From the NCBI GenBank assembly GCA_963845755.1, contig CAWJTV010000012.1, positions 64,001 through 128,000 of the forward strand: 64,000 nt of DNA. Direction: 5' to 3'. Below the pieces are notes generated by a model that made no database searches, was not told where the DNA came from, and saw only the letters and a program-made list of their open reading frames with translations. Of this stretch, positions 43,425 to 53,086 are shown piece by piece; within the stretch, counting starts at the first letter, position 1, and each line of letters starts with the position of its first letter. Origin of the DNA: an uncultured Planctomycetota bacterium (GTDB lineage Bacteria; Planctomycetota; Planctomycetia; Isosphaerales; Isosphaeraceae). The position numbers and the translations under genes are program-made.

Positions 43425-44546
43425 ATGGCGGCCTCGACTCCGGAACGACCCGTTCGCGTGGCATTCATCGGCACTGGTGCGGTCACGGCTTATCATCACC
43501 TGCCCGGATTGCGGCTGGATCGTCGTGCCGAGCTGGTGGCGATCTGCGATACGGACCCCGAGATCCTGGCTCGGCGCAAGGCGGAGTGGAAGGTGGAGCT
43601 GGCCACGACCGAGCCCGAGGAGCTGTGCCGCCGGGAGGAAGTGGACGCCGTGGTAATCGCCACTCCCAACGATACGCACCGGCCGATCGCCGTGGCCGCG
43701 GCGAGAGCCGGCAAGCACGTCATGTGCGAGAAGCCGCTCGGCCTGAACGCCGCTGACGTTCGCGCGATGTACGAGGCCGCCCGTGATGCCGGCGTGGTCC
43801 ACATGACCGCGTTCACCTATCGGTTCGCGCCGTCGATGCGATACCTGCGGCACCTGCTCAAGTCCGGGTCGCTCGGAACACCTCGCCACTTCCGCTCGCA
43901 ACGGTTCCTGGACTGGCCCGAGACGAGCTGGGGTTGGCGGCAGTATCGCGATCGGGCGGGAGCAGGCGACCTCTTTGACATGACGATCCACCGCATCGAC
44001 TTCGCCATCGACCTGCTGGGCCCGATCTCTCGCGTTTGCGGGGCCGTGGCACGGTTCGCACCCCGCGACCACACGGCCGACGGCCGGCCCTGTCCGCCCT
44101 CCGAAGTCGACGACTGGTCGTGCCTGATCGGCGAGTTCGCCGGAGGCGCCACGGGCGTCTGGGAGGGGACAACCCTCGCCAAAGGATATCATCGCGACGG
44201 CTTCGGTCACGAATGGGCCGAGATCAACGGCTCCGAGGGCTCGGCGGTGTACCGGCTCCACGAGCCCAACACGATCCTGCTCGGCAAGACCGGACAGGAT
44301 CTCGCCCCGGCAGCCGTCCCCGCCGAGTTCCTCAAGCCGGCGGCAAGTCCCCGCGACCCCAGCGTGGGACCGCCGGCAACCATCTTCCGCTACGACCTGA
44401 TGTGGGAGTTCATCTCGGCTATCGTTGAGCGCCGCGCGGCCGTGCCCAGTTTCTACGACGGTCTGAACGCCCAGATCGTGGCCGATGCCGTCCTCCAGTC
44501 CCACGCACAACGGATGTGGATCGACACGCCGCCGGCCACCATGTGA
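43425..44546 (+). CDS. Gfo/Idh/MocA oxidoreductase
   Basis: FIGTGAV, IATPN, GKHVMCEKP, GDLFDMTIHRID. Confidence 0.92.
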   Translation: MAASTPERPVRVAFIGTGAVTAYHHLPGLRLDRRAELVAICDTDPEILARRKAEWKVELATTEPEELCRREEVDAVVIATPNDTHRPIAVAAARAGKHVMCEKPLGLNAADVRAMYEAARDAGVVHMTAFTYRFAPSMRYLRHLLKSGSLGTPRHFRSQRFLDWPETSWGWRQYRDRAGAGDLFDMTIHRIDFAIDLLGPISRVCGAVARFAPRDHTADGRPCPPSEVDDWSCLIGEFAGGATGVWEGTTLAKGYHRDGFGHEWAEINGSEGSAVYRLHEPNTILLGKTGQDLAPAAVPAEFLKPAASPRDPSVGPPATIFRYDLMWEFISAIVERRAAVPSFYDGLNAQIVADAVLQSHAQRMWIDTPPATM

Positions 44547-44738
44547 GCGACGAGCCTTGTGAGGACTCGCGATTCCTCTGAGTCAGGATGCGACCGACGA
44601 AGGTGTCTGGTTCTCCGCCGGAATGTTCGCGGACTCGAGCACGCAAACGGCGGCTTCGCTTGATGGTTCCAAGCAACAGATCGCCCTGGCCGAATGAGGA
44701 CGGCTGTCCTCAGCCAGGGCGATCAAAGTCTCGGAAGA

Positions 44739-45347
44739 TCAGGCTCGGACACGAGCCGAATCGGTCGCAAGGAACTTCTTCCAGCTCTCAATCGACGGGC
44801 CATGTCCGGGGCCGTGCAGGGCATAGAGCGGCTTCCACTCGGGGCGTGCCGGGCACTTCCTGAGTTTCATTCCGGCCTGTTCGGGAGTCCGGTCGGCCTT
44901 GCGCGCGTTGCAGGTCACGCACGCCGCGACGCAGTTGGTCCAGCTCGACTGGCCGCCCTGCGAACGCGGGTTGACGTGGTCGATCGTCAACTCCTCGACC
45001 CCGGGCTGGGCGCCGCAGTACTGGCAGGTGTAGTGGTCGCGCTTGGCGACGTTTCGCCGGCTGAACGTGACCGCCGCCAGCGGGACCCGGTCGTAGTGCT
45101 GGAGCGCGATGACCTCGGGGACGCGGAGCCGGAGCCTGGCCGTCCGGATGCACGGGCCACCCTCGTGCGGCGACAGCGTCATCCACTCCTCCCAGGCGTG
45201 CAGCCGGTATTCCTCGGGATCGACCACTTTCGCCGAGTCGTTCCAGAGCATCACGAGCGCGCGAACCACCGTCGTGACGTGGATCGGCTGCCACGAGCGG
45301 TTCAAGACCAGCGTCGGCCGGCACAGGACTTCGTTCGATTGGAACAT
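44739..45347 (-). CDS. HNH endonuclease (McrA-like, LVLN type)
   Basis: TLVLNRSWQP, RDHYTCQYCG, LTIDHVNPRSQGG, WTNCVAACVTCNARK. Confidence 0.92.
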   Translation of the reverse strand: MFQSNEVLCRPTLVLNRSWQPIHVTTVVRALVMLWNDSAKVVDPEEYRLHAWEEWMTLSPHEGGPCIRTARLRLRVPEVIALQHYDRVPLAAVTFSRRNVAKRDHYTCQYCGAQPGVEELTIDHVNPRSQGGQSSWTNCVAACVTCNARKADRTPEQAGMKLRKCPARPEWKPLYALHGPGHGPSIESWKKFLATDSARVRA

Positions 45348-45510
45348 GGTCGTACCCCTTCGACAGCGTCGAGGCGCGGGGCCGGCCGCTCATTCAAGAG
45401 TCTCCTCGGTGCCGGCGGGTTGCCTCGCTCAACCACCTAGACGCTCGGACCCTCGATGGGGTTCGCTCGTAGCTCTTGGCTGAATGGCGAGTGCCAGCGA
45501 GACCGCGCGT

Positions 45511-46765
45511 TCAGGTGACCGTGCCGTGCTTCGTCGCGAACGCTTGCCATGCACCGCTCGCGCGGATCTCGACAATGGCGGCGATCGCCGCGTCGAGCTC
45601 GACGTCGCGACTGTAGAAGTGGGGCGAGAACCGGACCCCCGCCCCTGGTCGGTAATCGCAGAGGATGTCGAGGGACTTCAAGGTCTGCGAGATCTCATAG
45701 CCGTGCTCGATGTCGATCGCCACCGTACCGCCCCGGCGGGCGGGATCGCGCGGACTCGTGCAGCGATAGCCCGCGTCACCGGCCAGGTCCAGGAGTCGTT
45801 GGGTCTGCCGAACCGACTTGGCTCGGATCGCCTCAATTCCCACCTGCCGGACAATCTCCAGTCCAGGCCGTGCCGCGTAGAGGGCGGGGATGTTGGCCGT
45901 GCCGTGGAGGAAACGCCACCCGTCTCGACGTCGCACCAGTTTCGTCTTGAACGCGAACGGGTCTTCTTGAGCCATCCATCCCGTGAGTCGGGGCTCGAGT
46001 CGGTCACGGAGTTCAGGCTCGATCCACAGAAAGGCCGCACCTGGGCCGCCGCAAAGCCACTTCAGGCAGCCGCCAATGTAGATGTCGATCCCCATCGCGC
46101 GCACATCCACCGGGATCGTACCCACGGCCTGATAGCCGTCGATGACCGTGATCGCCCCGACCTCGCGCGCTTTCTCCCCAATCGCGGCGACGTCATGCAC
46201 GAAGGCCGATTTGAACAGGATGTGGGAAAGGGCCACCAGGGCTGTGTGCTCGTCGATCGCATCGATCACGCGTTCCGCGTTGAACCGAGATTCCATCCTG
46301 GGAAGATACCACGGTGACCTCGGCGCCGTCTCGACGTTTCTGATCGATCAGGTACAGGATCGAGGGGAAGTGCATCGCGTCGGTCACGATCTTCGCCCGA
46401 TTGGCGGGGAAATCGAAGGCGCTGAAGACGACGGCATGGGCCAGGGTCACGTTCGGTTGGAAGACGACCTCACCCGCGTGAGCCCCGATGAGCGGGGCCA
46501 GGAGGTCGCCCAGATCGGCGACGAGTGACCACCATGCGTCTTCCCAAGCACGGACTCCCCGAATCGCCCAAGCCTCGTAATACGCCTGGAGGCTCGCGCT
46601 GGCCGCCGCTGGCACGGCACCCAGAGAATTGCTGATCAAGTAGTTCGTACGTGAGAGAATGGGAAACTGCTCGCGCAAGGCCAGGAGCGGATCCGACGTC
46701 TCGGACCCGCGATCCGTGGAAATCCCGCACGCCGACCCTTCCCACTCGCCCGGCTCGTGATTCAT
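45511..46765 (-). CDS. kynureninase-like PLP enzyme (aminotransferase class V); frameshift near 46300
   Basis: YLISNSLG, HFPS, IDGYQAVG, GGCLKWLCGGPG, DYRPGAGVRFSPHFY. Confidence 0.85.
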
Positions 46766-46826
46766 GATGACGAGACTCCCCCGATATCGATCTTACTGCG
46801 TAACCTGGACGGCTTACGGTGAAACT

Positions 46827-46842
46827 CGGCACGGTGATTGCA
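46827..46842 (+). promoter_or_regulatory. putative sigma54 promoter
   Basis: CGGCACGGTGATTGCA (GG-N10-GC), 47 nt before ATG 46889. Confidence 0.65.
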
Positions 46843-46888
46843 ATTATCTTGTCTGGGTTCCAACACGATCCGGAATGGTGGTGCGACC

Positions 46889-47908
46889 ATGACGACAACG
46901 AGAACGCGAATCGCGACAGCGGTCTTGATGGTGATCGGGATCAGCCTCGGCGTCGTGAGGGGCGTCGAGGGCCAGGAGGTCAACCGGCCACAACCGGGGG
47001 CCGCCACCACGCCATCCGAAAGCACCCCGTCTGGGGGCATTCGGCCGGGTGGATCGACGGCGATGCTGACCGATCGGCCGGAGGACGAGAAGGCCCTCCG
47101 ATCGATTGCCGCGGCTTACGGCCGCGCCTACAACGCCGGGGACGCTCGCACGCTGGCGTCCCTGTTCCATGATGATGCTGAGATGATCGATGAGAATGGT
47201 GAGCAACTCCGCGGCCGGCCCCGGATCGAGGAAGTCTTCAAAACGATGTTCAAGGAGCGGCCGGGTGCGACCATCGCGATCTTCCCGGCTTCCCTCCGGT
47301 TCGTCGGTACGGACGTTGCGCTCGAGGAAGGCCAAACCCAGGTCAAGACGACCGGGGACGAACCCCCCTCGTTGCGACAGTACACCGTCCTCTATCTCAA
47401 GCAACGGAATCGTTGGCGGTACTCGCGCGTGCGGGAGGAGCCGGCGAAGGGACTGACTCATCATCAGCGCCTTCAAGAACTGGAATGGTTGGTCGGCGAC
47501 TGGCTCGACGAGAGCCCGGATTCGGTCGTGCATACCACCTGCCGATGGACCGAGGATCAGAACTTCCTGGTCCGGGATTTCACGATCCGTGTGCAGGGGA
47601 AACCGGTCATGTCCGTCCACGAGCGGATCGGCTGGGACCCGTCCACGCGACAGATCAAGTCGTGGGTCTTCGACTCGGAGGGAGGTCATGGGACGGGGCT
47701 CTGGAGCCGGAACGGGAGCGAGTGGGTGATCAAGTTGACCGGCATCATGCCGGATGGCCGGACCGCGACGGCGACCCATATCTTGACGCGCGTAAACTCC
47801 CAATCGGCCCGGTGGGCTTCCGTCGAGCGGACGGTCGGAGACCAGGTCGTGCCGGACCACGCCGAATATGTGATGGTCCGCCGTCCCCCCCAGGCGGGGA
47901 CGAAGTGA
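46889..47908 (+). CDS. secreted SnoaL/NTF2-like (SgcJ/EcaC, DUF4440-type) protein
   Basis: Signal peptide; AYNAGDA..LASLF, DVALEEG, LEWLVGDW, IGWDP..QIKSWVFDSEGG. Confidence 0.82.
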   Translation: MTTTRTRIATAVLMVIGISLGVVRGVEGQEVNRPQPGAATTPSESTPSGGIRPGGSTAMLTDRPEDEKALRSIAAAYGRAYNAGDARTLASLFHDDAEMIDENGEQLRGRPRIEEVFKTMFKERPGATIAIFPASLRFVGTDVALEEGQTQVKTTGDEPPSLRQYTVLYLKQRNRWRYSRVREEPAKGLTHHQRLQELEWLVGDWLDESPDSVVHTTCRWTEDQNFLVRDFTIRVQGKPVMSVHERIGWDPSTRQIKSWVFDSEGGHGTGLWSRNGSEWVIKLTGIMPDGRTATATHILTRVNSQSARWASVERTVGDQVVPDHAEYVMVRRPPQAGTK

Positions 47909-47956
47909 GCAATTGCTAACGATCTCGCAACTCCAGAAATGCAGGCGGAGGTAGCC

Positions 47957-49642
47957 ATGATGGGTCGAGTCTTCGGCAAGCTCTTGGGCGTGCTCGCGAT
48001 CGTGAGCCTGGCTGGTCCCGCAATTGCATTTCACGGCGGGGGCGGTCATGGCGGTGGCGGCCACGGCGGAGGGGGGTTTCACGGCGGCGGCGGGTTCCAT
48101 GGCGGTGGCGGGTTCCATGGCGGTGGATACCACCCGGCCGGGAGTTTTCATCCGGCGGCTCCTGCGTTCAATCGCACGCCGTCGTTCAGCACGCCGCGGA
48201 GCTTCGCTCAACCGCGCTACGCCGCCCCGGCGATGCATGTCGGCGGCTTGCCGGCCGTCCATCCGGGCGTCGCTACGGGAGGAGTCATGCGTGGTGGGAC
48301 CATCGGTCAGCGGCCGCTCGGTATCAATCATCCCGCCGGCCGTGCCGGGAACGTCGCGATGAACCGAGTCAATTCGATCAACGCGATGAACCCGAATCGC
48401 CTGGCCGGCGTGCCGGGGATGGGATGGCATAACCCGTACCTCGGTTATCATCAGGGATGGGTCCATGGATACTGGAATGGCCATTATCCGAGTGGATGGG
48501 GCTGGCGCCGCGGCTACGGATATCCAGGCTACGGATACTGGGGCGGATACGGCTACCCCGGTTACGGCTTCGGTTATGGAGGTCTTGGTTGGGGACTCGG
48601 AGCCGGATTGGGACTGGGAATGGGTTATGGGTTGAGCTCTTGGCTGTACGGTCCCATGCTCTACAACTGGGGGTACGGAAACTACAATAACCCCTATTAT
48701 GGCGCCGGCCTTGGCGGTGTCACGACCGTGGCCACGCAGCCGGTCGTCTACGACTACTCTCAGCCCATTAACTCGACGGGGCAACCACCGGAGGAGACGG
48801 TTACGGACCAGGCAATGGCGGTGTTCGACCAGGCGCGTGACGCATTCAAACAGGAGAATTACACCGGTGCCCTCGACCTGGTCGACCAGGCACTTCGCCA
48901 ATTGCCCAACGACCCGACCCTTCATGAGTTTCGAGGTCTGAGCCTCTTCGCCCTCAATCGCTATGATGAGGCCGCGGCTGCGCTTTACGCTGTCCTGTCG
49001 GTCGGTCCCGGCTGGGATTGGACCACCCTGATCAACCTCTATTCCAAGCCGGAAACCTATACCCAGCAAGTCCGGGCTCTGGAGAGCTATTGTAGCCAGA
49101 ACCCCGAATCGGCGGCCGGTCGATTCGTCCTGGCCTACCACTACCTGACCGAGGGCCACACCGCGGAGGCCCTCTCCCAGTTGAAGGCGGTCGTCAAACT
49201 GCAACCCAAGGATCAAATCTCGGCCCAACTGATTCAACAACTCGAGCAGATTCAGAAGTCGCCATCGACCAGCCAGGAGGCCCAGGCTCCGATTCCAGGC
49301 CCATCGGTCCTGTCGGAAACCGCCACCACAGAAACCCCAGCCCAGGATGCCGCGAAGCAGGGAACGCTGACAGGGACCTGGATCGCCAAGCCCGCCGGGG
49401 ATACGACAATCATGGTCACGTTCCAGGATCAAGGGCGCTTCGTCTGGAAAGTCTCGCATCAAGGTCGAGACCAGCAATTCGAGGGGAATTCGAGTCTTGT
49501 CAATGGGATTTTGACGTTGGCCCAGGACCAGAACAACGCGCTTGTCGGCCAGATCAACTGGCAGGATGACCAGCACTTCCAGTTCAAGGTCCTGGGTGGA
49601 GGGCCGGGCGATCCTGGTCTTTCGTTCACGAAATCCTCTTGA
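47957..49642 (+). CDS. secreted protein with His/Gly repeats, Gly/Tyr/Trp low-complexity region and TPRs
   Basis: Signal peptide; (FH)GGGG repeats; GYGYPGYGYWGG; FDQARDAFK..Y, HEFRGLSLFAL, LSVGPGWDW. Confidence 0.85.
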   Translation: MMGRVFGKLLGVLAIVSLAGPAIAFHGGGGHGGGGHGGGGFHGGGGFHGGGGFHGGGYHPAGSFHPAAPAFNRTPSFSTPRSFAQPRYAAPAMHVGGLPAVHPGVATGGVMRGGTIGQRPLGINHPAGRAGNVAMNRVNSINAMNPNRLAGVPGMGWHNPYLGYHQGWVHGYWNGHYPSGWGWRRGYGYPGYGYWGGYGYPGYGFGYGGLGWGLGAGLGLGMGYGLSSWLYGPMLYNWGYGNYNNPYYGAGLGGVTTVATQPVVYDYSQPINSTGQPPEETVTDQAMAVFDQARDAFKQENYTGALDLVDQALRQLPNDPTLHEFRGLSLFALNRYDEAAAALYAVLSVGPGWDWTTLINLYSKPETYTQQVRALESYCSQNPESAAGRFVLAYHYLTEGHTAEALSQLKAVVKLQPKDQISAQLIQQLEQIQKSPSTSQEAQAPIPGPSVLSETATTETPAQDAAKQGTLTGTWIAKPAGDTTIMVTFQDQGRFVWKVSHQGRDQQFEGNSSLVNGILTLAQDQNNALVGQINWQDDQHFQFKVLGGGPGDPGLSFTKSS

Positions 49643-49772
49643 GGAGTGGTCACGTCCGCTTTCCGGAGTTAGAATCACTGACAGTCTCATCGAGACGATC
49701 GGGTTGGGTCCTATCGTGGGTAGGCGGGACCGGGTCGGTCGTCTCGTAGCATGGGACGAGGAGTCGGGTTCG

Positions 49773-50264
49773 ATGACATCCGATGCCGGCGTTTCGAATC
49801 CTCAGCTCGACCTCCGGAAAGCCGTCGAAGGTGGGGACGGGATCTCGGTAATCCGAGGCGGCGGTAACTGCCGGAGTTGGAATAACATCCAGTATCGCGT
49901 CGGATTGAGCGCCAAGAACGTCAGTTCCTCGAAGTTGTCGATGAATGTGGCGACGATTCCGCCGGGTGGTGTGGCCTACGCCCATATTCACGTAGGGTTC
50001 GAGTTGATGCTCTACATCCTGCACGGTCGCGTCCGGCATGAGTATGGTCCGGGCCTCCGGCAATCGGTCGAAAACGAAGCGGGTGACTTCATTTATATCG
50101 AGCCGGGCGTTCCCCACGAAGTGTTCAATCTGAGCGAGAACGAGCCGGTGGTCGCCGTCGTGGCCCGTTCCGACGCGAGTGAGTGGGAGAATATCGTCCC
50201 ATACGACCGCAATGGCGAATCGAGCGAGAGTCACCGACCACCATCGTCGAACGTTGGGTCCTGA
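49773..50264 (+). CDS. cupin domain protein
   Basis: AHIHVGFE, GDFIYIEPGVPHE. Confidence 0.88.
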   Translation: MTSDAGVSNPQLDLRKAVEGGDGISVIRGGGNCRSWNNIQYRVGLSAKNVSSSKLSMNVATIPPGGVAYAHIHVGFELMLYILHGRVRHEYGPGLRQSVENEAGDFIYIEPGVPHEVFNLSENEPVVAVVARSDASEWENIVPYDRNGESSESHRPPSSNVGS

Positions 50265-50532
50265 CCCTCCGAGTGGTAAGGAGTTTTTCCGAAGCCGACG
50301 GCTCGGCTCCGCGACGATCCATCGGGTCTTTCGCCGCCTCAACGGAGAGGCCAGACCAACACTCGTCCCTTCTCATCCTCGCCATGGGTCTTGCGTCTGC
50401 TCTCGACACGAGTACAATCCAAACAATTCCACCATTCAGCGAATACCCAGCAACCAGTAACGGACGAATGCCGGCTTGGGCGACGCGAAGACGACGTCAC
50501 TCGAGTCCCTACGGAGCGGAGGGTTCCTCGGC

Positions 50533-50892
50533 ATGCTCAAATTCACAACCCAGGAGGTGGATGGCGTGCTGGTCGTTGAATTCGAGGCGACCGACGACGC
50601 CGCAAGCGACTGGCAGTTCACTCAACGGGACTGGCTCTATAAGCTGGTGGAGTCGCATCCCGATTCGCGGTTCGCCATCGACCTGACCGAAGTCAATTAC
50701 CTGGCCAGCTCCGAGATCGGCTTTCTCGTCACACTCAAGCGGCGGATCGACCGTCGTCAGGGCCGCGTCGTGGTCTTCGGAGCGGGTCCCTACATCATGG
50801 ACCTGTTCCGGACGATGAATCTGGTCAAGATCCTCGACCTCGTGGACACCCTTCCGTCGGCGCTGGCCAAACTCGATCACGTGAATGCTTAA
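50533..50892 (+). CDS. STAS domain anti-sigma factor antagonist
   Basis: IDLTEVNYLASSEIGFLV. Confidence 0.85.
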   Translation: MLKFTTQEVDGVLVVEFEATDDAASDWQFTQRDWLYKLVESHPDSRFAIDLTEVNYLASSEIGFLVTLKRRIDRRQGRVVVFGAGPYIMDLFRTMNLVKILDLVDTLPSALAKLDHVNA

Positions 50893-50961
50893 ATCCTTCA
50901 ATCCTTGAATGCTTCGGGGCTTCTCCCGCGTCCTGAGGTTGGCAAGCGCGACCCCAGGTGC

Positions 50962-53083
50962 TCACGGACTCGAGGACCTGGCGGCTCTTGGGCGAACGGT
51001 CAGGAGGATCGGGGCGCTGGCATAGGCGGTCTTGACCACGAAATTGATCGATACGTGTCCCATGACGGCGATCGGGACCTTCTCGCAGGCCGGCGCACCG
51101 GGCGCCGCTTGCAGGATGATCCGGCCCTGGGTTTCCTTGGGTCCCAGCAGCGTCTTGCTTCCCGCGTCTTTCAGCGTGATGCCCGGCGGCAGAGGGTTGG
51201 CGTGAACTCCACCGAGGTGCTGGAGGATGATCGCCAGGTTGACGGGCTGTTGATACCGGGGGTTGCGGGTCACGGACACATCGATGGGCAGGGACTCTCC
51301 CGGGGCCAGAACCACCTCGGAGGGTTTGGCCTCGACCGTGATGTCAGAGGGATCCGTCACAGTCAGGGCAAGCGTTTCGACGGGAAAACGGCCGCGCCCG
51401 CCGCCCGGGAGGTAAATCTCTTCCCGGGGTTCCGCCGTGCGCGCGATCGGACCTGATGCACCATCGGCAGTCCCGCGGAGTGTCACGAGCGCCGAGGCGT
51501 GGCCGGCTCCTGGACGTGCGGATACCACGATGACGCCCTCGTTCATGGCGGATGAGATCGAGAGAGGGCTCGCCACGATGCCGGCAGGTAAGCCCTCCCA
51601 GGTCAGTCTCACGGCGCCGTTGAAGCCATGGCGCCTCGTCAGTTGGACGAAGACCGGAACCCGCCCACCCGGTCCCACGTTGATCTTGTCTGGGTCACAG
51701 GTCAGGAGGAAATCCGGACTGGTCGCCCCGGCGAGGAGCACGTAGCCGAATGTCGGGCCGCCCCGGTCGTGAAGGTCGGCGACCTGGAGCCGGTACGTCT
51801 CGTCTGCCGGCGCTTTCCACTCGATCCGGGCGTCCTTCCCGAGTCCGCGTACGTCGTCCGCTTCGCTAAGGACCTTCCCCTGGTGGTCGATCACACGCAG
51901 GACCGGGTCGCATTCCGAACCTGCGCGACTGGCAATCACCTCGAAGGCGAAGGTCTGACCCTTCCGGGCGATGAAGTCATAACCGTCGATGTCCCCTCGC
52001 GCGTCGAGTCGCCCGGAGATGGCTGCGGGAAGTTTGATCGGCTTCATCGGACCCGAGCCCGCTGGTGCGTCGGTCGATTCGGCGACGACCGGGTAATCCG
52101 TCACGAGGAAGGAAATCGGCCGTGAGCCGCCACCCGCCCTGAGCAGGGAGAAGAGGTGATCGCCCATCGCGGCGTCCTCGGGCACGTGCAGGTCGATCGT
52201 TCGCGCGGGATCAAAGCCGGGGCCCCGGACCTCGACGCGCGTGGTGGCACCCGGGTTCACCGCCATCGGAAAGACCGAGGTCGCAACCGGCCCCTTCATC
52301 GCGTGCAGCGCATAGCACCAGGAGACGTTGCCCGAATAGGTTGTATCCCGCATTTCGAGATAGTAAGTGCCCGCGGCCGGTGCCCGGAATGAGAGCAACG
52401 GGTCGCCCGCGTACGAATTATCGGCGACGGCCAGCTTGCGCCCCTGGCGTCGTGCAGCGTAAGGATGGGGTCGAGGTGAGTCTGCAAGTCGTGGATCTTG
52501 TTCTCGATCCGGTTACCCCAGACCTCGAAGCTGACCCATTCGCCTTTCTCGACTTCGAAGGCATACCAATCGACGTCCTCCACCTTGCCGACGCGTCCCG
52601 CAGCCACGGCCGGAAGGTTAAGACGCTGGCTGCTCTCGGGACGATCGTTGGCACGGTCGTCCTCCTCGAGAACGACTGGGTCGTCGACGACCACGACCAG
52701 ACCGACCGACGAGACGCCCTGGGGCGTGGCGACCCGGATCTCCCGTGGACCGAGCGGCGCATCGCGCGCGACCTCGAGCCGCGCCCGAACCTGTCCCGTG
52801 CGGCGCCGCCCTCGGCGCGAGCCGTCCCCAGCGCCGGCGGTTCCACCGGTTCGAATCGCACGGAGTCGCCACGCAAGCCCGGACTCTGGCAGAGCAACGC
52901 CCAGGCACCCTCGAAGTTCTCCTGGCCCGAGATGAGGAGTTCAACCGAGCAACCGCGCGTCACGGCAGTCGGCTCGACTCGAGTGGTCATGGGGTAAGAT
53001 GTCTGCGCTCGACTCGTGTTCGATAGCAGACACGCCCCACCGGCGACCGCGGCCATGATGATTCGGAACGGATGGACTTGCAT
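50962..53083 (-). CDS. secreted PPC-domain (pre-peptidase C-terminal) protein; frameshifts near 52440 and 52800
   Basis: Signal peptide; repeated GRL...DIDGYDF, DPVLRV, APAAGTYYLEMRD units over three frames. Confidence 0.8.
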
Positions 53084-53086
53084 GAT

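Noticed and set aside
44739..45347. HNH gene as IscB/Cas9-like or part of a restriction system
   Set aside because: Only 202 aa, no RuvC or PLMP motifs, and no neighbouring methylase or array.
46844..49690. 948-aa minus-strand ORF
   Set aside because: Antisense shadow of two well-supported plus-strand genes in high-GC DNA; no motifs. The same applies to other long antisense ORFs (96-1736, 43134-44510, 55839-57302).
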